Source: Tilletiaria anomala UBC 951 | Taxonomy: Eukaryota | Assembly (NCBI RefSeq): GCF_000711695.1 | Contig: NW_013547020.1 | Location: forward strand, 248,001 to 312,000 | Reading direction: 5' to 3' | DNA: 64,000 nt | Shown here: piece after piece, positions 23,938 to 36,220 of the stretch | Layout of the letters: the number at the start of each line of letters is the position of its first letter | How positions within the stretch are numbered: the stretch's first letter is position 1 | The notes under the pieces: generated by a model | Database searches by the model: none | What the model was told of the DNA's origin: nothing | What the model saw: only the letters and a program-made list of their open reading frames with translations | Made by a program: the position numbers and the translations under genes

Positions 23938-25027
23938 CTATCGCCCTTCACTCTCCCATCTCCCAATCTCAACTGCGCAGATATCTTCAAAGTATCTCTC
24001 GCTTCCAGGCCCACTCTTCTCCAGAAAGGGTAGCATCGCCCAAGCCTCTGTCAGGCGTTCCCGCTTGCGTACTTTCAATGCCTCCTTTTCCCTCGGGCTC
24101 ATCTTGGTTAGTTCTGTGCCCGTCAGACCTTCCGGCGTGCGCTTTGAATTTGATAAAAGAGCTTCGACGAGCATCTCGAGATGAGCTGTGCTCATGACAT
24201 ATTGCGAGGTCAAATTGCTGACGCTTTCACCTGCGGAACGCAAGGCCGCCGACTCGTCAATTGACAATTCGATTGCCAGTCCGTGTGAGTCTCAACTCAC
24301 AAAGCATGCCCATGGTCCATGTTCCCCACATTGCGGCCTCGAATGCGAACTCGAGGCCTTTTGCGGAGCTTGCGTCCAACAGTAGAGCATGGCATTGAGC
24401 TTGGATTGTAGTCATTCGTGAGAGGATGGTATTCTGTTCACCGTATAAGCAAAGTATTCGCTTGTATCTCTTTGACAACGCAGCCATTTCATCGACACAC
24501 CAGAGATTTCACTGTGTTACGCAGATCGGACAGAGCTCCTTCGCGATCAAAGAGTACTGATGCGAGTTGCTGCTGCTTCGAGAGTTGGGTTTTCCGAAAA
24601 GATAGGCCTTCTTCTTCCGGATGAGCAGAGCCTTTCTCAACGGTCCCGAGGGCAGCATCCAAGCGACTGCATATGATAAGCGCATCAGCTGGCACGCTTG
24701 AGGGAGGCTCACTCAAGCAAGAAACACATACTCAGTATCCTCGTCGGCTTGAGTATATGCCGCTACGGCTTCAAGGCCTTCGTACGTGACCTGCTCTTCC
24801 CAAGCAGATCGCGCCTTCTTGTGGTCCAAGAGCAATGATCTCAGTTGTCGATGAAATGTAGTCTCCTCATGACGACCGAGCAAGCCAGGCTCTTGGGCTG
24901 CTTTCGTGTCCTTGCCGACACCACTAACTTTTCTGGATGGTGAGGATCGCGCCAGGGGAGATGAAGGTGCACTACCTGAGCCTGGCTTGAATGAGAATGG
25001 CTTGGGTGTTGCTGGAGACGAAGTCAT
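23938..25027 (-). CDS. Conserved hypothetical helical protein (possibly CINP-like)
   Basis: Four ORF pieces joined by GT-AG introns: MTSSPATPKP..HEETTFHRQLRSLL..AWEEQV; ..WGTWTM..; ..EAWAMLPFL..FEDICAVEIGRW. The family call is tentative recall. Confidence 0.7.
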
Positions 25028-26468
25028 TGCAGACCTATTCGTGCTTTACACACAGTTTGCATGACGATTCGTGCATTCCCTACCGCATCGCCCAGGGGCC
25101 GCGCATTGACTTGCGGTCGGAATGCCGAAACTAGCGGTGGAATGGATGGAGCCTCAGGAATTGGACACGAGCCACAGATTCCCATGCGACTTTTGCAAGT
25201 TATGCGAGTCTTGCAATGACGCTGTGAATGAGAAGCACTTCGCCCGACTTTATATTGTGGGGGAAGAGAACCTATATAAATATATATATGCACATGGCTG
25301 GCTGTACTCGTGGAAGCGATTAGTATTAATTAGGGAACGTGTGAACCGCCCGCGAACCGACCATCCCGACAAGAACTCTAAGTGAAACAGATGCAAAAAA
25401 ATACGCTTCGCGCAAAGCCATGCCAAGGGGAGCTCTCGGGTGGCGGCAAGAAACTTCTGCGAAAAGCCGAATTACCGCACAGGCACGAAGCAGACACAAA
25501 AGAACGTGACACCTTAGACACTGCCTACTTCTCTTTTTCGCAGCAACAGAACGCATGAGTCGCGTGACCAGAACAAGCAAGCCAGACAAAAGAATCCAGC
25601 CAGCCCCAGTCCTCTTGCTGTTTGTTGGGTGAGTGGACAAGCAGTGGCTGGCACAAATGTGCTCCACACGCAGGCTATAAAGTTCTGCTTTTCGTCAAAG
25701 TATCGCTATGAACTCATATAATTTTTTGAGTGAAATGCTGGATATGGGGCTCCCTTCTTTCCATGCTCGCAGGTGATTTGAATGGATTTGGTGATACTGT
25801 TGGTGACTGGTGACAGACTGAGACATGAGAATTGCTTGGTGACGCCTGACATGTTGTCAGGCACTGAAGCTCTGGGTGACTCTCCTCGGTCATTTTACAT
25901 ATGGTAACACCTTGACGCTTTCCATCTTTTCTTTTCGGGGCTCAGTGGAGCGCGTCACACGCAGCAACCAGCGTGACCGTCAATCATGCTGCATTCCGTC
26001 GACTACAACTCACCACACCAGCCTGTACGCCGAACGGCCGGTGGACGGGACGTCCGGCTTTTGCGCCGGGTGAAGGAGCTGGCATGGCGAGTGCTGGTAA
26101 GCCTTCGTTCGGGTGCAATCGTCATTCGTCGCAGATAAAAGATGGCGTGTCTATGTATGAAGAGCGGTTCCGCTTATTTGCACTCGACGTTCCCCCGCCT
26201 GCGGGGACGAGTATTGGTAATCAACTCTCGGAAATTGTTGGTTCGCACAGGTAGCGAGACAAGCGTTTCACGATGTTGCATGGCATTGCGTTTCCAGCAG
26301 CGAGCTACACACTGCTGCGCCCAAGAATACGCCCGTGCCGTTTGCGCAAAGGAAGGGGACACGCTCTTGAGACCACCTTGTGCCTGGCGCCTGCAGCCGG
26401 ACGAAGGCCATGACAAAGAACATGGTGCCTGCCCAATGGTTCGTTCAATGCATTCAGAATATACAATG

Positions 26469-28277
26469 TCAGTACACCGGGAATTGAGCATCAACATCAT
26501 GAGAATAAGCGGTCAGACCGCCTCTGACATCCACAAAATCCAGTTTGACTCGCTCTCTGGCTTGTGGCCCTTCCCCGCCCTTGTGCCCCTGACGGATCGT
26601 CTCCTCGCGTCGCAGGAGTCTGGCAGCCTCTAGCGAGTCGTTTCCACGCCTGCACAGAAGCCTTATTTGGACCGGCACTGCCGAATGTGCGTGCGAACCA
26701 GATGCAACCAAATTGTGGATATCTGCGAGCGCGGCAGAAGGCGCGCGGCGGATCCTATCAATCGGCATGTCTTAAGCAAGAAGAAGCCAAGTAGACACGT
26801 GTATGAACCAAATGTCAGATTGAGAAAAACGGGCGAGCGGGCCGAACAAGCACTCACTACAAGTATCACCCAGCTGGACGATACCGTACTCCACGGCGGG
26901 CCGTACGTCGATGGTGATTCCTCCAGCCCCCGGTTCGTTCTCTTCGGCTCTTATTGCGACGCGTTTGAGCACGATCGGCTCGAGCCTTTGCCCACCATTC
27001 ACGTCGCATTGCGCCCTGTCGGCTCCTGGTGCGGCTTTGAGACCGCAGAATGAGACATAGTCTTCACTTTGCAAGTCCTCGATCATTGAAGATACCTCTT
27101 GCCCCGGTTCGCTTGCCTCTTCGGCTCCTTCAGCGCCGGCTTTCTTGTGCAGATGGGCTCGCACGAGCAACGGATCACCACAAGCTCTGCATGTGCCTAG
27201 TCGCCTGGGCCGCAGCTTGATAGTTCTGAATGGTTGCATAGGCGATGTGATAGGAGAGATGAGGGTCATGACGCCTGCCGGTGCTGCCTTTCGTCCAAGT
27301 GGAGTTTCTGTGCATGCCTGTGCTGTCTCCCTTTCCGCGTTCGCAGCATGCTCTAAAGCGTCTTCGCTAAACTCATCCCCAATTCGGGCGATGAGGCGCA
27401 CTGCTTCCGTTGCTTGCAGCGTGCCAACAAGCCCGGTGATGACGCCGAGCACGCCGCTATCCGCGCAGTCTGTCACATGTTGCGGAGATGGTGCAACAGG
27501 GAAGATGCATCGATAGCACGGTCCACGGGGGTGTGTGAGGCGCCGTGAGCGCGTTGACGCGCCTCCTGTCCTTTGCTCTTCTAAGCTTGGTTCTCCTGCT
27601 TTGCCCTTATCCGCTAGCTGATGGCTTGGGACCACCTCCTCCCTTGGATCTAGCCACCGGTTCCAGACACCCAGCTGGCCTTCATAACCCTGTGCCGCAG
27701 CAGACACCAACATCCTATCCGCAAGCACAGCCGCGTCGTTGAGTAAGTACCTCGTCAGCGGATTGTCTGTGCAATCGAGCACAATATCGTGCCCCTGGAC
27801 CAGCTGTAGGGCATTAGCGGGAGATAGCGGTTCAACGAGAGGATCCACATTGATGTGAGGGTTGATCTGCAAGGCGGACAGAGAAGCGGAGGACGCTTTG
27901 GGTTGCCCAATACGCGCGTCACTGTGCAGAATCTGGCGTGCAAGATTGGACCTCTCGACAACATCGTGGTCAATGATGGTAATATTTCCTATAGCGTCAT
28001 GGTAAGCGCCACAAATTGCTTCCATCAGCTTGTCTCATTCCCAGCACTCGCCCTCGGAGCTCCCTTGCTCCAGCTCACCAACACCAGCGGCAGCAAGATA
28101 CTGTATGGCCGGACACCCGAGTCCACCGGCGCCGACGACAAGTACGCGTGCGTTCTTGAGCCGAAGCTGCGCTTGCAGGCCAAAGTCAGGCAAGATCATC
28201 TGCCGACCATAGCGAGTGTACTCAGGTAGCGTCAGCGGGTAGCTTGCGCTCGAAGTAGATATGCTTGACGGATCCAT
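26469..28277 (-). CDS. UBA4: Adenylyltransferase/sulfurtransferase Uba4/MOCS3
   Basis: [51 protein letters not shown], and C-terminal rhodanese IDVRP..CRRGNDS..DVRGGL..FPVY; two introns. Confidence 0.95.
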
Positions 28278-29453
28278 GGCGCGACGCTCGTTGCCTTGCG
28301 CCAGGACGCGCTTCTTCACGGAGCCTCCTCAAGTTGGAGCGTGCAAGTAACAGTGAAGGAAGCCCCTGAAGCTCGCTTCGTTACGACAAATGTGTACACA
28401 GCTCATATTCACAGCAGGCGGCAGCTAGGGAACTTCGCAGGTTACACTTGGCGCATACTGGCAGGCCCTGGGGGATATGTTTAAAAATAAATGAAAATGA
28501 TACAAATCATTTGTATACTTTAATCCCCGTATAACAGGAAAACCCCTGGATATTATGAGCAGCCCTGGCAGAAAGGCGACATTCTTGGGGGATTCAATAT
28601 CGCCTGGGCTCTTCCCCATGCAATGCTGCCGACCGTGCTGCAGCTGCACGGTTACCAATTCAATACGGAGTCCAGCCACCTGCTGTGCAGCGTGTCTGTG
28701 ACGCCGAGCCTCGCGTGCCGGCCAGCTAGTGCCGACAGTGCTGGGGCACACGCATCATGTGCGGATCATCAGATGACCCCCCGACCTGAAAAAAAACGCG
28801 AGGAACAAGGTCAGGGCGCCCTCTATGCTCTCCTGGCTCTCGCCCCGCATTCGTCTAAAATGCCTCACTCTTCTGCACCCTTGGCCTCGTCCTTGCACTT
28901 CGTCGAGTCTTGACCCTGTCACATCAGTCGCCGCTCGCCAAAAGCATGTCGTGAAAAGTCTTTGGTGGTTGAAAGTGTACTTGTACTTGTGGGACGCACG
29001 GCGGGCATTTCGCATGTGTTAGTAAGGACTGTGGATGGCGCTACACGGTACCACGGCATCACCGGCAGGACCAGCGCACAGGCCCACATGTCACGCAGCG
29101 GAGAGCCACTCTTCTCTTCGGGCAGTTCTTTCGTGCGAGTGATATTGTGTGTGTCTGGCATGGCCCGAAACACTGCTGACCCCAGTGAGGTACACTGTCA
29201 TCTCATCCTCCTCATCACCCCGCACTTTCGCCTTCATCGCCTCATCAGCGTCATTGTCTATCCGAATTCGGGTGCTTCGTCTCCATCATCACGCCTTCTT
29301 CTTCCCAGACACGTCAGCTCAGTCCGACGGCCCTTGCCAGCGTGCCGTGTGCTGTCCGAGCCCTGTTCCTGAACTCAGCCGACCAGGCCGATGATCTTTC
29401 CTACTGCAACTCCCCCATATCATCTCTTGATTCATTTGAGACGTCGTCTCGGA

Positions 29454-30116
29454 ATGACGAGTCGCTCTTGCACTTCTGCTGGCCGCCTCTTCGTTCTGGC
29501 CGTCGTCGCTGTCCTCTCCCTTTCGGTATCTGCTTCGTTTACCAGCCCCAGTCGACTTTCACCCTCGCCCAACAAAGATTTACACGCACTGCTTGCACGA
29601 CAGGCCACCAATGCGACGAGCACTTCTGTGACAAGGACATCGTCAGCTTCGGCGTCACCTGCAAGCGCATCTTCCCCCGCTGCTAGCTCAAATAGCAGCA
29701 GCGGAACGGGTGGCCCTAGCTGCAGCATGACGGCTCCCTCTGACGATCCAAATCAAAGCACCTCTTGGTCCAGCGCGTTCGTCTCCACCTGCTGCGTGCA
29801 AGGCAAGGGCGCGATATGCTACACGCGCACCTCCACTTCCAGTTCCAGCTGCGCCATCCCGTCATGTTCCGACTTGGCGTCAGGCAACAGCACGCAGATG
29901 AACGGCTTTGTCCCCCTCGCGCCCGCCGCCACCGCCGACAATCCGGATCCGATGGGTAACGGCGCCGCGGGCAGCGGCAGAAACCTGACGTACTCGAATT
30001 ATGCACCGGACGGCGCTGGCGGCAATGCTGAACGGAGGTCGCACGAAGTGGCACACACCAAATTTGTCGCCCTCGGTGCCGCTCTTTTCATGATCGTTGG
30101 GACATGCTTGCTCTGA
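29454..30116 (+). CDS. Secreted Ser/Thr-rich, probably GPI-anchored small protein with 6-Cys core
   Basis: Signal peptide RLFVLAVVAVLSLSVSA; S/T-rich linker; Cys core (SCSM..TCCVQ..ICY..SCAIPSC); hydrophobic C-terminus FVALGAALFMIVGTCLL; intronless, 220 aa. Confidence 0.75.
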   Translation: MTSRSCTSAGRLFVLAVVAVLSLSVSASFTSPSRLSPSPNKDLHALLARQATNATSTSVTRTSSASASPASASSPAASSNSSSGTGGPSCSMTAPSDDPNQSTSWSSAFVSTCCVQGKGAICYTRTSTSSSSCAIPSCSDLASGNSTQMNGFVPLAPAATADNPDPMGNGAAGSGRNLTYSNYAPDGAGGNAERRSHEVAHTKFVALGAALFMIVGTCLL

Positions 30117-30755
30117 GATGTGTCAGCACTACATGTGGCGCACTGTCTCGTCTCAGTCTGGTGCTGGCACTGCTTGTCTGGCTCCAAGAAAATGTTCTTT
30201 GCAATACCTGCATTTTCATTGTCGTACACCCGCACCCTCATCCAGCACGGCCTTTGCAAGCACCGGTTTTTACTCCTTCAGCATTTAGCCAGTCTTCAGT
30301 CCTTCCGACTTTCCCTCCCGGATCACAAGGGTCACACCGTCCCACCCATCAGCACCCTACTTGAATTATTTCCCTGTCCCTCGTCTTCTCTAGCATTCGC
30401 ACGACACGACCTCGTCAAGGAGATCTCGTCGCATTCGAAACGGCCTACAACTCGTGCTTCCTCAGGAACAGCATAGGAAGCACCTGTACGTTTGTAACAT
30501 ATTCGCTTCGCTTTGGGTCACACGTGCAATGGGAATGTCGCTTGCATAGACACTTCGCCCCTTTCACATTGGTGCTGTGAAGCGCGACGACGGCGCGTAG
30601 ACGGATACACAACGCCCCCACTGGGGCGCACCGCTTTGTTGGCCAAATACCCACCACTTCTGCAGTGTTACGATACATGCGTTCATATTGTAATGTGCAA
30701 AGAGGCGCTATTCCGAGAAAGTCTGGGACGTGATGTATGATACCTTTGATGCAGA

Positions 30756-31510
30756 CTAAAGCGTACGCCTTCCGCGCGTGTCGAACCGCAGCAGGACAAG
30801 CGCGATGGGGAAGGGCAGCGCGACGCATCAGCCGATGTACAGGACGCCGTCGATGCTGCGCGCATACAGCCACTTGCCCGAGATGGGTGCGCGGATGCTC
30901 ACGAGCCTGCACGCGGCGCCGCACACCCTGCTGGGTAAGCCTAGGGCACAAAGGAGTACAAGATGGCGTTGAGCACCCTCTAGAAGAATTCCATCGCATG
31001 CGGACCGACGGAGCCGGTGCCCGCCGTGACGAACGCGCAAGCAAGATGACCGTCAGCACCGAGGACAGAACCTTGACCCATTGGGGGCCCAGCCGCAGGA
31101 CCCGCTCATGCATGCCACTAGCGGGCACGCGGCGATCTCAGGACGTTGATGGCCACAGCGTGAGCAAGCCGAGGCGGTTCTGGTGAGAGTGCAATCGTCG
31201 AGCGGCGTCAGCCACGTCTTCGCAAGGGATCCATGCCGCGCCGCCCCCGCTTCAAGAGTTAAGAGATAGAAACAATCACTGTGGGCGGAAACTTGAGCGT
31301 GATGATGGTATCGATGGGGATGTTGCCGCCAACGAAAGCGACGAGGGTGCAGAGGCCTGCATATGTGGTGGGAGCCCCGGAGGCAAAGCGGAGCGGACGT
31401 TGCTGGAGACGAGGCAGTCCAAGTCGAAGCTTCACATGCGGCCGAGGATGTTGAGGAGGAAGCCTCAGGTGAAGGCGCCGACCGTGAGGCCGACAGACAA
31501 GGCTTTGGAG
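30756..31510 (-). pseudogene. MFS transporter pseudogene (SV2/sugar-transporter-like) with stops and internal deletions
   Basis: Remnants GLTVGAFT*GFLLNILGRM*SF, GGNIPIDTIITLKF, LGPQWVKVLSSVL, MEFF*RVLNAILYSFVP*AYP, RLVSIRAP, DGVLYIG in shifting frames, spanning only about 750 nt. Confidence 0.8.
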
Positions 31511-32610
31511 CAAGCGCCGCCGCGGCGGCGGCCGCGATCATCCTTCTTGAGCGGCTCGCCGGGCGACGAACGCGTCTTGGCGGCTGCCGGTGCGGGTGTC
31601 GAGGCGCTCCATCATGACAGCGGGCGTGGCGGAAAGGAGCGGTGGCGGTGGGAGGCGGCCGTTGACGAAGCCCATGTCGCCCGCGTCGGATCCGCTGTCG
31701 GGCGCCGGTGGCAGTGGGGATTGCTCTGGTTCTGAGGGGTGTGGGTGCGCCGCCGCGACTCTGGCATAGGGACTTGCGATATGAGTGGGAGAGAGATGTA
31801 CGCGCTCTCCATTAATTTAGATGCGTCCCTGTCGACTCCTTCCTCAGCGCGATACCAATATAACTCACTCTCAATTACATTACATGACGAGCAACCATTC
31901 TCCGAGAAGTGTGCCAGCACCCCTCCCATCTGTCTCTGCCTGGCTATATATGGCACCGGGCCGGGTCATGCTCCCCAGTCCCCTCCTTGGATGCATGTAC
32001 AATGCAGCATGGTTGCTCTGCTTCGTGAGATGAAGGATGGATTAACACTCACAATCCCGCGATCTCCCACCTTGCCTATGAGCTCTTCTTCCTTCGTTCG
32101 GGCGGATCGGATGCTAATACATGGTAAATACCCACTGGTACTGGACCCGACCCGACCCTACCCAGCCCAGCCCAGTCTCAGTCGCTACATGTACAGCTAG
32201 GACGGCACTGCCCTCCTCTCACCCGCCGATCATATCATCATTCACCGGTTCAATCCGCAGTGATTCATTACGTGCAGCTCTGTGCAGCACCCATGTTCAT
32301 CGACCAAGACACCCCCGAGGTGGAGGATTACAATTACGTTGCACATATGGAAGACCAACCAAATGCATGGCAACCTAGGTGACACGTGCTCAACCAATGC
32401 CCAGTGATCGTGACATCGAGTATAGAAGAAGGCGAAGGGAGACTGCGAATGGCGTAGGTGGTGGTGAGATACGGAGGCGACGCAAAGGAGAGCGAGGTGG
32501 GACAAGGACGGGGTACGCTGCTAGTCTGGGCGGGGGAGCACGGAGGGCGAGAGAAGTTGCCGTCTGAAGTACCGGCAACAGGCGCGGCGGCGCTGCATGC
32601 ACTCGACTCC

Positions 32611-33674
32611 TCAGCGTGTATAGCCCGAGACGAGATACAGCGGCGAGTCATTCTGAGAGCTGGGATTGTCCAGCAGCCACGAGGAGTACTTTCCGTCCTG
32701 TGAGGGCGACGCGAAGCCTTTGGCATTCTGCCCAAAGTGCGGGTCGCTGGATCCCTTGGGGACGACTGGCTGCACAAACGGCGCAGAGTGGTCATTGTAG
32801 GGGTATGGGTTGCTGCCCATGTTCGACAGGCCGCGTTTCTTCTTGGTAGAGCTCGACGATGCACCCGTCCCAACGGCAAAGTACTGCGGCCCAATCGAAT
32901 ACTGCTGGTCGTCAAACACGCACGGAGCTGCGAACAGCGGCGACGTGCCCCCGTAGTAGCCATAGTACAACGCCGTCAGGCACTGCTGCGGCCCAACGCT
33001 CGGTAGGCGGATCTGTCCATAGCTGTATCCGTTGCCGTTCTCGTAACGCATCGACTGCGATGTGCACTTCCAGAACTCCGCCGGGATGCGGTGGCTCGGG
33101 CCTGACGTCGTCAGCACCTCGTGGTTGGCCCCGTCATAGTGCTTGTTGAACGTCAGGTATGGCTGCGCTGGCGGCTGCCCAAGCGCACTGTACACGTCCG
33201 CGTCCAGGCGACCCAGGTACATTGTCGTCGCCGTCATCTTGGTGCACGTAATCTGCGGTTGCGATGGCGCCAGGGCGCCACACTTGCCCGAGACGCAGTG
33301 CCCGCTCATGCAGCCGCTGTCCTGCACGCGTGCGAATCAAGTAGACCAAGCGAGGCAGACAGTCGGAATCGTGGTCTGGTTAGCCTTGCGACCTCGGCGT
33401 TTACGATATCCTCGCCTTCGAGTGCGTCACTCACCGCGTAGCAGACATTGCCATTGGCCTTCTTGGCGTCGCACGTGCCCGTCGGGCTGCCCGCCGCGCG
33501 CTGCGCGGGCGTCTGCCGGCAGTAGTTGCTGCTGCATTCGCTGTCGTACCGGCACACCTGACCATTACCCATCGTCAGCGGAGTCACCGCCCGGCTCTGC
33601 TTGCCCAACGGTGTCGCGAGCACCGACAGCGACAGCGTTAAAAGCGATGCAAGTGTGGCAAGCTTGACCGTCAT
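32611..33674 (-). CDS. Secreted cysteine-rich protein (candidate effector), 316 aa
   Basis: Exons 33674-33435 and 33321-32611 (intron GTGAGT..GCAG). Signal peptide MTVKLATLASLLTLSLSVLA; 12 Cys; two C-x5-C-x4-C units. Confidence 0.85.
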
Positions 33675-33794
33675 CTTGAGGGAGATTGCTTCTTCTGGGA
33701 GAGAGGTTGGCCAAGGGAAGCGGCTTCTGGAGACCGAATGCGGTTGTGAAGAGAAGGGAAGCAATAGGGGCCAGTCTGTTCCACAGTGGTCTTC

Positions 33795-33802
33795 TTTATA
33801 TA
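33795..33802 (-). promoter_or_regulatory. TATA box of the secreted protein gene
   Basis: TATATAAA on the minus strand about 120 nt upstream of ATG 33674. Confidence 0.55.
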
Positions 33803-36220
33803 CCTCATCATCCTTGCTGCTGCGTGGCGGGTCCTAGCAAGTCCTATTAGGAAAGTCCTAGCTACATGCAGGAGCTCCGCCCCAGCGAACATCCTAGCCT
33901 TGGTGCAGGGTTGCCAGTGACACCAGCATTGAACCTCTCATCCAGATGCATTCAATGTCTTCCCCTGCTTCACACCTTTCCCTCGCATCGTTCCGCTTGA
34001 ATGAAGATGTCTCGATGGCTTGCAGCTTGGGAGCGAAAAGCGATCGAGTGACCTGTGGTGAGCGCGCAAACCTTACCATCCCTCTTCGAAGGCCGCAAAG
34101 CCCGCATACGCAAGACGACGGGACAGCGGCTCATTGCTCACGGGACAGGTCAGTTGACAGGTAGAATGTGCGCAGTGGGTGGTTTGTAACTCGTAAAACG
34201 GATGTTTACTTTAACATTTCGCGCCTCGCATGTGCGGGAAGCCTGTGGAGCCGCCTACTTAGCGACCCGCACCAGCCCGCACCCCGCAGAAAGCCAAAGC
34301 AAAAATGCAGAGATCAGTCTTCCATACATGAGCGATCGACAGTTCGACGGTTTCTACAGTCAGCTCAGCAAGTGTTCCGTCCGCTATAGCAGCGCAAATC
34401 TTCAAGATATCTGCCACTGCAGGTAGCAAGAGAGGGCCCGTCGGACCAGGTCGGAGCTCGAGCCCTCAGCTGCCAGGCGGTGCCAAGGGATGATGGCTGG
34501 AATCACAAACATGGTGGTGGCTTGATGGATGGATTCGTTGGTGTTCGCCTTTTCTGGGACCTGTGCAGCTCTCGTGGTGCCCATGCATTGTTGATTGGTA
34601 TTGGGTGTTCCACGCGGCACGGACTTGCACAGTCCACATTGGAAGCGTGAGCGTTGAGCTTGAAAGTTGAGCGGTGCGTAGAAGCCAGCATGGCCCGATC
34701 GGAGTTCAAGACAGGCATTTGAGAAGATTCGAGGCGATGGAAGTGTGTGGAGATGCAGCTGTGGAGGAGGGTGAGGGAGGGGACTGCGATATCACAGTGA
34801 TCTGGTTCACCGCTCAGGTTACGACAAAATCTCAGCCATCTCAACCTCAGCGCTGAGGATCTCATCAGTGCCTTAGCCATCGGTCCTGTCAGTAAAGTGT
34901 ACCTCTTGGAGCCTGCACAGCGCCGAGCGCCACCTTTCTGACAGAATGTGCGTGCAGTCAGCAATGGCGGGACACAGCAATTGGACAGTCAAGCCACCAT
35001 GCTACAAGAGGACCGACCGTACGGGCAGGAAGGGGCCGTTCGGCAGATCCAGACCTATGCACACTGCACTGGTGCGCAGGCTGTGGTCCAGGCGGGTGCT
35101 GTCCCTTTGAAACTGAAACAGTGGCGTTTAAATTGCAACAACAGTGGGCTTTTTCTACACGCTTCGCTCCCTTCATACTTGGGGCGAAAGGGGTGTCACG
35201 TGATGCTTCATTGATGTTGCCTTTCAAAGTCAGATTACTGACTGTCCAGTCACGGCGCGCTGCCAATAACGGCAACTCTCGTTAGAATAACAGCTTTAAC
35301 AGCCGTCCTCTACTTCCACCCTTCGCCATCTCCGCCAGGATCAAGCAGCGAGCTGGAATTTGGAAACGATTGAAGAGATGAAAATAAGTAGAAAGACCAA
35401 TGTAGTGAGAAAGAGAGCTGGAAAAATCAAGTTCAGTTCCGTTTTGGCACATTCCTGTGCATACACACTCTGTTACACGAATTGCTCCAGGTAAGCATTT
35501 ACAGGGCCACTGGGTGACGACATTGACTTCAACTGCGTGCCCTGCATGTCTCCATACATGCACGCTCACGTACTTGCCTACGATTCTCTCCAATGCTCAT
35601 CCGAAAAGTCTTCGCAGGCGTTAGGCGTTATTACGTCAGGCTGCAGGCATACAAAGTAACATTGTGAGCCGGGGTGACTCAACGGTATAAGCCAGCAGGC
35701 GTCCCAACGGAGGTCATCGCAGCCAGCTCGGCTCGTGGGACTTGACCAAAGCAGAGGATGCCAGCTCGTTTTCCTTGTGCCTTACTGATTGGCTCGTCCT
35801 GATCTGAAGACATCGGTATGGATATACGTTAAAGTTGCTTTGCATCTTGCTGCCTGCATCTTAATGAACTGTTTACATGACACCAAAGATGACGCGAGTC
35901 AAATACTCCATCGGATCGTCCCGTGCAAGTCGATCTTTTTAAAATACAGTGAGCTGAGAATGAATGGAGAGCCGCACATATGTATAGGAATGTAAGAGTC
36001 ATGAGCCGACACCGTGCAAGCAATTGGAGCCCCACAAGCAGAACACGAACACTTTCACTTGCGGGCAAGGGATGAGGAGACCGAAATGCATCGGGTCTTG
36101 CAAGAGGAAGGAGATGTTGCGAGTCTTCGTACCAGTGGAACCACATAGCCCCGCCCACGCCCTCTGCTTTCGGCCAGCGTGACCGCCTTTGATATTGCTG
36201 CTTGCGTCTCGCATTTAATG

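Noticed and set aside
25700..26460. Possible small spliced gene between the hypothetical gene and UBA4
   Set aside because: Some splice-like signals, but no coherent or recognisable product.
28465..28530. AT-rich patch with a short inverted repeat (TACAAAT-C-ATTTGTA)
   Set aside because: No terminal inverted repeats with target-site duplication; probably a nucleosome-depleted promoter tract.
33900..36200. Possible transposon relic in gene-free DNA
   Set aside because: No transposase, RT or integrase motifs, LTRs or TIRs that I can identify.
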